This document shows positions 11,095 through 18,770 of a stretch of DNA of 64,000 bases, one piece after another. Numbering within the stretch: position 1 is the stretch's first letter; each line of letters starts with the position of its first letter. Origin of the DNA: an uncultured candidate division Zixibacteria bacterium (lineage in GTDB: Bacteria > Zixibacteria > MSB-5A5 > UBA10806 > 4484-95). A program made the position numbers and the translations under genes. Location: contig CAXXKA010000001.1 in the NCBI GenBank assembly GCA_963668625.2, forward strand, positions 192,001 through 256,000, in the 5' to 3' direction. The notes below the pieces were generated by a model that saw nothing but the letters and a program-made list of their open reading frames with translations, ran no database searches and was not told the origin of the DNA.

Positions 11095-11742
11095 ATGCCT
11101 GAATTACGCAGCAAAATTCCCAAAAGGATCGGCGTTCTACTCTCGTCTGAGTCCCTTTGGGAAGTTATTTTTTGTTTCCAGGAAGTTGAAAAAAACGGCT
11201 ATATGCGTTTACCGGTGGCTCTCTCGCCTGAGAAAGCCGAGCCTGTTGATGTCGAAAGGCGTTTTGATATTTTACATAAACTCGCCCGCATAGAAATAGT
11301 CGATGCCGACGAGATGAAAACGGGTTCTATCAGTGCTTTATTGATTTGCGCCGGTAAAAACGAGTTCAACTCGCTATGTAATTTCGAGAATAAGGGCGAG
11401 GCGTATGGCATCGATATACATTTACGTTCATTTATCCGCACAGTCTATCGCAAGGGTCTGCCTATCGGCGCTTTCGGTTATTCGGTTCCGCTTCTGGTCA
11501 AAGCGGTACAGGGGATAACCAAGTCCGGCCCGGTAGTCACTGTCGGCAACGATCCCAAGCTCCAATCGGGTATCGAGGCCACCGGCTCCCAGGCGATAAC
11601 CACCCGCCCAACCGAAGTCATAATCGATAATACCAATAAATTAGTTACCTGCGGTGGCCAGCTTTCCTCAACCAGATTAGAGGAGGTCGCCGATGATTGT
11701 AAGAATATGTTCCAAGCGATCTTAGAACTAATAAAAGGATAA
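11095..11742 (+). CDS. ElbB/ES1-like (DJ-1/PfpI superfamily) protein with degenerate active site
   Basis: LARIEI, PIGAF, VTVGND, IIDNTNKLVT segments parallel ElbB; nucleophile-elbow Cys not seen. Confidence 0.6.
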   Translation: MPELRSKIPKRIGVLLSSESLWEVIFCFQEVEKNGYMRLPVALSPEKAEPVDVERRFDILHKLARIEIVDADEMKTGSISALLICAGKNEFNSLCNFENKGEAYGIDIHLRSFIRTVYRKGLPIGAFGYSVPLLVKAVQGITKSGPVVTVGNDPKLQSGIEATGSQAITTRPTEVIIDNTNKLVTCGGQLSSTRLEEVADDCKNMFQAILELIKG

Positions 11743-11746
11743 GCTT

Positions 11747-12586
11747 ATGCGAGAAGTTGATGTCAGGGAGATAACCCGGGCGGTTAAAAAAATGTGTATG
11801 GACGCCAACTACTACCTCGGTGATGATGTCTTGAATGCAATCAAGAAATACGAGGCTACCGAGGAATCGCCGCTGGGAAAAGAGATTTTAAACCAAATTA
11901 TCCAAAACGCTGATATTGCCAAGAACAACCAGATGCCGTTATGTCAGGACACGGGCCTGGTAGCGGTGTTCGCCGAGGTTGGCCAGGAAGTGCATTTCAG
12001 CGATAGTTTCAACGAGGCTATACACGAGGGCGTTCGCCAGGGTTATGGCGAGGGTTACCTTCGTAAATCGGTGGTCGAGGATCCGCTTCGCCGCAAGAAT
12101 ACCGGCGATAACACCCCCTCGATTATTACCACCACACTGGTACCCGGCGACAAGGTGAAAATCACCATATTGCCTAAAGGCGGTGGCTCTGAGAATATGA
12201 GCCGTATCGCTATGCTAAAGCCCGGTGATGGTGAGGAAGGCGCCAAAGATTTCATCGTCGAGACGATTCGTATCGCCGGTGGCAATCCCTGCCCGCCGCT
12301 TATTGTCGGTGTGGGTATCGGCGGCTTGTTCGATAAAGTCGCGCATCTGGCCAAAAAATCGCTTCTGCGCGAGGTCGGCTCGAAACATCCCGACCCATAC
12401 TACGCTGCGATGGAGGAGGAACTCCTCGAGCGAATCAACAATACCGGTGTCGGCCCGCAGGGATTAGGCGGTAGAACCACCGCTTTAGCCGTGCATATCG
12501 AAACTCATCCGTGCCATATCGCAAGTATGCCTGTGGCGGTTAACACTCAATGTCACTCTGCCCGTCATAGAACGGTCATAATTTAG
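11747..12586 (+). CDS. Class I fumarate hydratase, alpha (N-terminal) subunit
   Basis: PLCQDTG, KGGGSEN, GGNPCPP, CHSAR motifs. Confidence 0.92.
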   Translation: MREVDVREITRAVKKMCMDANYYLGDDVLNAIKKYEATEESPLGKEILNQIIQNADIAKNNQMPLCQDTGLVAVFAEVGQEVHFSDSFNEAIHEGVRQGYGEGYLRKSVVEDPLRRKNTGDNTPSIITTTLVPGDKVKITILPKGGGSENMSRIAMLKPGDGEEGAKDFIVETIRIAGGNPCPPLIVGVGIGGLFDKVAHLAKKSLLREVGSKHPDPYYAAMEEELLERINNTGVGPQGLGGRTTALAVHIETHPCHIASMPVAVNTQCHSARHRTVII

Positions 12587-12596
12587 TGAGGTAGCC

Positions 12597-13151
12597 ATGG
12601 ATTATATAAAATTAACGCCTCCGCTAAAAGATGCGGACATAGAACAGTTAAAAGCCGGCGACCGCGTACTCATAAATGGCGTGATGTTCACCGGCAGGGA
12701 TGCCGCTCACAAGAAGATGGTTGATCTGATTGGGAAGGGTGAGAAGATGCCGTTTGATCCGGTCGGCCAGATAATTTACTTCGTCGGCCCGGCTCCGGCA
12801 AAACCGGGGCAGGTGATGAATTCCGCCGGCCCGACAACCTCAGGCAGGATGAACAAGTTTTCCCCGATAGTCATTGGCGCCGGCCTTAAGGGCATGGTTG
12901 GCAAGGGCGAGATGGGCCCCGAGGTGGTAGAGGCCATGAAAAAGAACAAAGCCGTGTACATGGTAGCAGTCGGCGGCGCGGGCGCGCTGATTGCCGACAG
13001 AATCACCAAAGCCGAGGTAGTGGCCTGGGAGGAGTTAGGTCCCGAGGCGTTGCGTCGGTTAGAGGTGAAAGATTTCCCGGCCATAGTAGCCCAGGATTGC
13101 CACGGCGGCAATATCTACATCGAAGGCAGAGAGAAGTACAAGAAAGAGTAA
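12597..13151 (+). CDS. Class I fumarate hydratase, beta (C-terminal) subunit
   Basis: TGRDAAH, GPTTSGRM, GKG motifs. Confidence 0.92.
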   Translation: MDYIKLTPPLKDADIEQLKAGDRVLINGVMFTGRDAAHKKMVDLIGKGEKMPFDPVGQIIYFVGPAPAKPGQVMNSAGPTTSGRMNKFSPIVIGAGLKGMVGKGEMGPEVVEAMKKNKAVYMVAVGGAGALIADRITKAEVVAWEELGPEALRRLEVKDFPAIVAQDCHGGNIYIEGREKYKKE

Positions 13152-13165
13152 CTGATATTCAGCAA

Positions 13166-13193
13166 AGCCGTCGGGAAAGGATTCCCAACGGCT
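13166..13193. repeat. Palindromic hairpin
   Basis: AGCCGTCGGGAA-agga-TTCCCAACGGCT (one mismatch). Confidence 0.5.
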
Positions 13194-13210
13194 CAAGGAA
13201 ATAGATTTTC

Positions 13211-13239
13211 AAAAGGGCGTATTTTGTACGCCCTTTTTT
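13211..13239 (+). terminator. Intrinsic terminator of the rpmA-fumarase operon (likely bidirectional)
   Basis: AAAAGGGCGTA-tttt g-TACGCCC-TTTTTT. Confidence 0.75.
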
Positions 13240-13267
13240 AGTGGTATAATATCAAGCATAGCACCAC

Positions 13268-13320
13268 CTCGTTCCTAAACTGAGTTTAGGAACGGGATTG
13301 TCCGAGAAACTCCAGTTTCT
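13268..13320. repeat. REP-like double palindrome
   Basis: CGTTCCTAAAC-tga-GTTTAGGAACG followed by AGAAACT-cc-AGTTTCT. Confidence 0.6.
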
Positions 13321-13344
13321 AGTATTAGTGGGTTAGTTAAGCCA

Positions 13345-13377
13345 GGTGCCCCATCCCGGTTACTGCAGCGATGGGAT
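13345..13377 (+). repeat. GGTGCCCCATCCC-type palindromic repeat, copy 1
   Basis: Shares its first 13 nt with 62131-62143; CCCATC/GATGGG stem. Confidence 0.5.
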
Positions 13378-13526
13378 AGTTGATTAGCTGCAATCATCCA
13401 AACCCCGCCGCCCCCGGGCAGCACTGGTGTGCTATCCCCACATCCCCTTCTTGTAATTAATCCAAGCACATATCACAAGATTGTTATCGCCGACTGAGAT
13501 GTATAATTACACCAGAAAAATCAAAT

Positions 13527-13554
13527 TGTCATCCCGGCAGGGGGAGCCGGGATC
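13527..13554 (+). repeat. TGTC-ATCCCG-type REP-like palindrome
   Basis: TGTC-ATCCCGGC-aggggga-GCCGGGAT-C. Confidence 0.55.
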
Positions 13555-13619
13555 TAGAAGGGGGGAGGGGGTATTCGCTGTCACATGCCAACCACGTTTG
13601 TAATTACCACCGAGGGTTA

Positions 13620-13646
13620 GTCACGCTCCAAGTGAGCGTGACCTAC
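13620..13646 (-). repeat. GTAG-family REP element
   Basis: Minus strand reads GTAG-GTCACGCTC-acttg-GAGCGTGAC (perfect 9-bp stem). Confidence 0.7.
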
Positions 13647-13660
13647 AAAAATAGCACAAC

Positions 13661-13684
13661 AAAAAAGGCGGCCAAATGGCCGCC
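13661..13684 (-). terminator. Intrinsic terminator of the RNA-binding protein gene
   Basis: Minus strand GGCGGCCA-tt-TGGCCGCC-TTTTTT. Confidence 0.7.
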
Positions 13685-13707
13685 CGCAAATAATCTTCCG
13701 TTTATTA

Positions 13708-14001
13708 TTAGAAACGTCTATTATTGCTGCCTAAGCGATCGCCACCGAAATTTCTGCGGGGCTTGTCGCTGCGAGGCTTAGCCTCATCGATTTTCATGGT
13801 GCGACCCTGATAATCGGTACCGTTCAAGTTTTCCTGTACCTTCGTGGCATCCTCAGGTGAGGACATTTCCACGAAACCGAAGCCTTTACCGTCAATGATA
13901 TTAACTTCTTTTACCGTGCCGTGTTCTGAAAATAACTCTGATAAACCTTCTTTGGTTACATCATAACTGAGATTGCCTACGTAAAGTTTGCTACCTTGCA
14001 T
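13708..14001 (-). CDS. Single RRM-domain RNA-binding protein
   Basis: RNP2 LYVGNL, RNP1 KGFGFVEM, Arg/Gly-rich tail; start moved to ATG 14001 (MQGSKLYV) after AGGA. Confidence 0.93.
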   Translation of the reverse strand: MQGSKLYVGNLSYDVTKEGLSELFSEHGTVKEVNIIDGKGFGFVEMSSPEDATKVQENLNGTDYQGRTMKIDEAKPRSDKPRRNFGGDRLGSNNRRF

Positions 14002-14194
14002 TCTTTCCTGTTCTTTCTTTTCTTTGTTCAAAGTATTCTCTGGGAGAATGAAACAAGATAGCCGTTCTTCTTCTCTTGACTGAATATTAAGAAACAAAAT
14101 TAATTATTATCTAAACTGAATACTTGTTCTCTTTGCCTTTCCACCTCCATTCATATAAATATGATTGTCGTGATTATTAGTTCGTTCAGTATCT

Positions 14195-14223
14195 AATATA
14201 TGCTAAACGTATATGAATAGCAA
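14195..14223 (-). promoter_or_regulatory. Putative sigma70 promoter of the RRM gene (about 190-nt leader)
   Basis: Minus strand TTGCTA-N17-TATATT. Confidence 0.45.
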
Positions 14224-14525
14224 CAAGTTTCATCGATTTGTAAAAAATATTTTACGGGCCGCCCCGACGATAGTTAACTCGATACGGAATATGGGGTAAG
14301 GGGGTGTATTTATTTTAAATAGCAGCGCCTTATCCCGAATATTGCCTGGAACGGGGATAGGCCATCCTCGGCGGTAAGCCAATTAGCCCTGCCGTCCCCG
14401 GCCAGACACGGCGGGGTTGACTCGTCATCCCCCCGACCGGAATGCCAGCTTATATCTTATGCAGACTACGTTTACTCTTTACGGCGCGGGTTCGTTGGGA
14501 GACACGGCTCACCGATCTACACATG

Positions 14526-14555
14526 AAAAAACCGTCCCCCTTATGAGGACGGTTT
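14526..14555 (-). terminator. Intrinsic terminator of the pilin operon
   Basis: Minus strand AAACCGTCC-loop-GGACGG-TTTTTT. Confidence 0.7.
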
Positions 14556-14648
14556 ACCCTTGTAGCGGCCTGGTATTCACCCCCGATACCAGGCCTATTC
14601 CGTGCAACTATCAGCGCGTGAGTTTTCTATGGCCAGATCCAGCCTCCC

Positions 14649-15296
14649 TTAGCGCGACCTGGCGCTCAACTGCGCTTTTCTTTTCGGCCTGGGTTTCGGC
14701 GCGACAGCTTTAGTCGACCGTGTTTTCTCTTTCTTTAATTCAGCGTTCTTTCTTCTCTTGTTGGCCGATACGACCTTGACTGCCAGTATCCCAATGACCG
14801 CGGCTATCGCAAAATACAGCAATGTAGTTTTGCCCTGCGGCGCTACGATGGCTACACTTATCGGCACTTTCTCATCACCCAGCGTGGCTAATATCCTCGA
14901 ACCGGTGGCGACCTGCATGTAGTAGTCGAGTTGATCTCCGGTTAAGGCGGCGCCCAGTATCTTAAACTGGAAGTTGCCCGAGGGTGATTTGCGCATGGCG
15001 CGCTTGTAATAATGATCATCACCATCGAAACGGTAATAGATAATCGGTATACCGTTGCCCAGGTTGTTTATCTGGGCGTCGATGAAGAAATCATCTGTTG
15101 ACTTGATCTGCAACGGAGGATTGTGGATAATCTCCGGCAGAAGTTCTTTCTTTGCCTGTTTCACCTGTACCGTCTGATGGTACGAGTGTTGCGAATATCC
15201 GCCTCGGCCATCAAGGGCTTTCACACCCCAGCCGGTGCCGGCGGTAAAAGCCAGGATGAGCAAGGCCAGAATCCCTGTTTTTGCTAATTTATTCAT
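14649..15296 (-). CDS. Exported protein with C-terminal membrane anchor and basic tail
   Basis: N-terminal signal peptide, beta-rich central domain, TM LLYFAIAAVIGILAV, Lys/Arg-rich tail. Confidence 0.7.
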   Translation of the reverse strand: MNKLAKTGILALLILAFTAGTGWGVKALDGRGGYSQHSYHQTVQVKQAKKELLPEIIHNPPLQIKSTDDFFIDAQINNLGNGIPIIYYRFDGDDHYYKRAMRKSPSGNFQFKILGAALTGDQLDYYMQVATGSRILATLGDEKVPISVAIVAPQGKTTLLYFAIAAVIGILAVKVVSANKRRKNAELKKEKTRSTKAVAPKPRPKRKAQLSARSR

Positions 15297-15313
15297 TATT
15301 CCCCTCCTGAAAA

Positions 15314-17242
15314 TTATCGAACTGATTTATCTTCCCAACTGACAGTTGAGTAAGCCTTGGTTAAAGGCACGTACATGTTCATATCCATTAAGTCCTGGTA
15401 ATTCGAGGACAGTCTCTCATCGTGATTTAACTTTACGTCACCGCTTGTTAAAATCATCGATTCGTTACGAGCCACGACCGAGCCGTTGAACTCGCAGCCG
15501 CCCTGGAACCATCCAGCCAACGCATGGTTGGTGTAGAAAACGCCGTCCATATCGGTAACCGATGAACTGGACATATCGCTGTAGGAACTTACACCGGCCG
15601 GCAGGTTATAGAAATTCGACAGCGAGACATCGAAACCTATATCATCACCGTAACTGTAAGTGCCGCCGTACTGACCGTCACCGTCGATATCCTCGCCGGT
15701 GCCGGCTACGATATGGTAACCGGACGGCACCTGGGCCTCGCCGCCTACGATAGGCAGGTCAACCTGCTGTTGATGACCTTCGTTATCGGCGATATTGACC
15801 GTGAAATAGCCGTCGCTTTCTTTCTGTGAGGCCTGATACGGATTGCTGCTGCTGGTCAGGTCACCGAATACACCATCAACACCGACATCCTCCTGACCGT
15901 TATTACGATAATCACGTAACCATCCGCCGCTACTTGTGATATAATTCTGCCAGCTCGAACTCGTGTGGTTGCCGGCCACGATATTGTTAACGGTCATGAA
16001 AGCGACCATATCAGCATCGGCGTTGTCGGTTTTCCACTGCTCGAGACGGGTTTGATAGGCTTCCGGAGTTTCTGTCGGGTAGTTATAAGTCGGCCGGGCG
16101 GTAAGTTGATTTTTATAAGATACGCCACTTCCCACATATGTATTTCTGCCCACGTAGAACGAACCTTTGCCCTCAACCACGCCGGTAATAGCCAGGTTGT
16201 TGGTTACGGCTACGGTACCCTCGATAATAACCGGGTTTGTGGATGTACCGACCAGGGCCAGATCGCCGCTTTCGCCGGCATTGTCACCAAAGGCGCCGTA
16301 TACCACGACCTCGCTGGATTGCAGTACGCCGTCGCCGTTCGAGTCGATACCGACCTTGCCCTGCGGATTGCCGTAATCGCCATTAGCCAGACCTATATAG
16401 TAAGGATTCAATTCCTGGACGATTCCATCGCCATCGAGGTCAGCCGGATCGTTCAAGTTAGGCATCTCGATAATCGCGCGATCGTTCTCGGCGTTATCCG
16501 TACCGCCGTAGCTATGACGATTAACCGCATCGGAGGCCATACCCTGATAACCCGAACCGCTCGTTGGGAACGTATAGCCACCGGCGTAAATGCCGCCGCC
16601 GTCAATCATCTCACCCGTTACGGGGTCATATCTTGGATTACCGTTACCGGTAAAATATCCCGAAAGAAGGTCGAAATGGCCGTTAGCCCTGACATTACCG
16701 TTAGCTACGGCTCGTCCGGAACTAAAGCCAGACCACCAACCGAAGTGGTTGATAAAATATGCGTAATCGAAAACCTCAGCCGGTAAAATGCCGAATCTCA
16801 TTTTTGCCTGAAGAGTAACTTTCTCGTTACCGCCGGCGGCCGTACCCTCGGCTACGATAGTAACATCGCGGCAATCGATAAACGGCGATTGTGCGCCTGG
16901 ATTTTCTATCTCATCCACATAAACGGTGTAACTGCCCTCGGCGCCTAAGTCGATATCCTGGTAAAACGCCGAATCGCTCAAGTTATCCAGCCAGCCGAAC
17001 GGATTGGTAATAGGGGAGACATTCTCATCATAGAAGTTGCCCCAGATATACTCGTTAATCGCTCGCTCTAGACCGGCCTCGGCTACGTAAAACGTCTGTG
17101 ATCCGCGTTTGTTACTGCCGGATATATCAATACCGGTGTTAGAGTTCATTACCGCGGCTATTCCCAGAAGAGTAATCATCAGAAGTATGGGAAGAACCAC
17201 GATCATGGCCATACCCTTATTGTTATTCAATGATTTTTTCAT
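15314..17242 (-). CDS. PilX-like minor pilin with large C-terminal domain
   Basis: KG|MAMIVVL prepilin-like N-terminus without Glu5, FYVAEAGLERA PilX motif, DxDGDG-like loops; start moved to ATG 17242 after GGGGG SD. Confidence 0.8.
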   Translation of the reverse strand: MKKSLNNNKGMAMIVVLPILLMITLLGIAAVMNSNTGIDISGSNKRGSQTFYVAEAGLERAINEYIWGNFYDENVSPITNPFGWLDNLSDSAFYQDIDLGAEGSYTVYVDEIENPGAQSPFIDCRDVTIVAEGTAAGGNEKVTLQAKMRFGILPAEVFDYAYFINHFGWWSGFSSGRAVANGNVRANGHFDLLSGYFTGNGNPRYDPVTGEMIDGGGIYAGGYTFPTSGSGYQGMASDAVNRHSYGGTDNAENDRAIIEMPNLNDPADLDGDGIVQELNPYYIGLANGDYGNPQGKVGIDSNGDGVLQSSEVVVYGAFGDNAGESGDLALVGTSTNPVIIEGTVAVTNNLAITGVVEGKGSFYVGRNTYVGSGVSYKNQLTARPTYNYPTETPEAYQTRLEQWKTDNADADMVAFMTVNNIVAGNHTSSSWQNYITSSGGWLRDYRNNGQEDVGVDGVFGDLTSSSNPYQASQKESDGYFTVNIADNEGHQQQVDLPIVGGEAQVPSGYHIVAGTGEDIDGDGQYGGTYSYGDDIGFDVSLSNFYNLPAGVSSYSDMSSSSVTDMDGVFYTNHALAGWFQGGCEFNGSVVARNESMILTSGDVKLNHDERLSSNYQDLMDMNMYVPLTKAYSTVSWEDKSVR

Positions 17243-17252
17243 GACTACCCCC

Positions 17253-17651
17253 TTAATTGGCTTTCGTCGTGAAAGTTCTATAATCGACCGACCTCGGTAG
17301 GTCATTGTGATCCACCCAGGTGACGTTTACGTGCAGACGGTAAACACCGCTGGGGACTGTCGCATCCGACTCCGAACCATCAACGGTGGTTACGATATTG
17401 TATTTGTTATTGACATTATTATCGAATTCCATGTAAGGCAGAGGACTGAAATTCGGTGTATTAATCAACGATTCTATCTTGTCCTGGGCGAGCGTGTTGG
17501 CCTCGGTCAATTCGTTGGCAAATGAGTTGGCGTCAATAGTGATGACCATAAGCGGCGCAAGTCCGAGAACACCCACGGCCAGAATCAACATAGCCGCCAT
17601 AACCTCTATCAGGCTCATTCCCTTGTTATTTAATTCCCTCAGTATCTTCAT
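17253..17651 (-). CDS. PilV-like minor pilin
   Basis: KG|MSLIEVMAAMLILAVG N-methylation motif; LAQDKIESL. Confidence 0.85.
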   Translation of the reverse strand: MKILRELNNKGMSLIEVMAAMLILAVGVLGLAPLMVITIDANSFANELTEANTLAQDKIESLINTPNFSPLPYMEFDNNVNNKYNIVTTVDGSESDATVPSGVYRLHVNVTWVDHNDLPRSVDYRTFTTKAN

Positions 17652-17669
17652 GGTAATTAACCTCACTCC

Positions 17670-18200
17670 CTAATTGATATTTCTAAGACTTACTATTTGA
17701 GTAAGCGTTCGTTCGAATTTATGGCCGTTCATAACCTGGTCATCGAATTTTACCGAATTTGCCGTAATACTGACCTCGATTGAACTTGCGCTAACGACAT
17801 CGATTTGCATATCGCTGATCTCATCCGCGTAAATTTCCGAATTACCGTTGACCGCTTTCATCAGCATCGGGTGAAGCGTATCGGATTTATCGACATAGTA
17901 TTTGATTGCCAGTGTATCGCGATTGATTGTCAATGTATCAGCATTACCGGTGAGATCTACTAACTCGTAGGCGCCGACCGTATCGGGTGTATTAAATCCC
18001 GCCATCCTGATCTCGCGGCACAATTCCTGTAATGAGGCTCTGGCGTTCTGCTGCATCTCAGTTATATCTTCCTGTGACATATATTGTTGATTTACTCGTA
18101 CGAAGAAATGGAAGCCTGCCGCAGCCACGATGCTTGTCATCAATGCGACAATCAGCAACTCTATTACAGTCATTCCCTTTTTATTTAAAAGCTTCCTCAT
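17670..18200 (-). CDS. PilW-like minor pilin
   Basis: KG|MTVIELLI; QQNARASLQELCREIRMAGF; C-terminal LRN; AGGAGG SD before ATG 18200. Confidence 0.85.
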   Translation of the reverse strand: MRKLLNKKGMTVIELLIVALMTSIVAAAGFHFFVRVNQQYMSQEDITEMQQNARASLQELCREIRMAGFNTPDTVGAYELVDLTGNADTLTINRDTLAIKYYVDKSDTLHPMLMKAVNGNSEIYADEISDMQIDVVSASSIEVSITANSVKFDDQVMNGHKFERTLTQIVSLRNIN

Positions 18201-18241
18201 TTTTCCTCCTGCTTCGTTAATCATTTCACGATTCTATACTA

Positions 18242-18257
18242 TGCAGATTGTATGCCA
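18242..18257 (-). promoter_or_regulatory. sigma54 (-24/-12) promoter of the pilW-pilV-pilX operon
   Basis: Minus strand TGGCATA-CAAT-CTGCA with exact GG-N10-GC spacing. Confidence 0.65.
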
Positions 18258-18650
18258 ATCCGATTAAACTCTTCCATCATTATGAGACATAAGAATTTAG
18301 GGGGAAGTGGTAAATATTTGAACGCACCCATTTAGCCCTAATATCTTTTTGAACTTTCGTGTATTAAAAACACCCTTGATTATCTAATTGTAGATATAGT
18401 AACAAGATACGCTTTATAAAGGCTATGTTTGTAATATTTTATGAATTCCATCATGTATGGGATTTAGGCCATAAAATTATTCAGTCTTTTACCCTATCTT
18501 ATTTTAGACTTACATTTGTATATGTTAGACATTGCATTTCCTGACAATTTCTTCTAAATGAAAAATAAAGCCTTCCGAATTTAAATAACAAAGATAGTCT
18601 TTGTATGGTTTTTCAGCAAATTGTTAATCATCAAGAATTTTCATCTTTAT

Positions 18651-18695
18651 AGCCCGGTATAGCTCAAGAGGGGCAGCTATATTCGGGCTTTTTTT
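18651..18695 (+). terminator. Orphan intrinsic terminator in a divergent intergenic region
   Basis: AGCCCG-GTATAGCT...AGCTATAT-T-CGGGCT followed by a T run. Confidence 0.55.
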
Positions 18696-18731
18696 ATTGT
18701 TAAATTATTACGTTTTTATCCGATAAATATC

Positions 18732-18759
18732 TTGACACTGTAAATATGTGCAGTATATT
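18732..18759 (+). promoter_or_regulatory. dinB promoter with an SOS-box-like operator as the spacer
   Basis: TTGACA-[CTGTAAATATGTGCAG]-TATATT; the spacer is CTG-N10-CAG. Confidence 0.65.
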
Positions 18760-18770
18760 AATGTTCAGTT

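Noticed and set aside
13152-13707. Possible CRISPR array among the hairpins
   Set aside because: The palindromes differ from each other, spacing is irregular and there are no cas genes
14324-14380. AGCGCC...TCGGCGG resembles the glmS ribozyme
   Set aside because: The GACGAGG core is missing and no glmS gene follows
15965-16786. 273-aa ORF antisense to pilX, and the many other antisense ORFs in the track
   Set aside because: Shadow frames of well-supported genes, with no recognisable motifs
18652-18670. GCCCGGTATAGCTCA resembles a tRNA 5' end
   Set aside because: No anticodon arm or T-loop; the sequence pairs fully within a terminator hairpin
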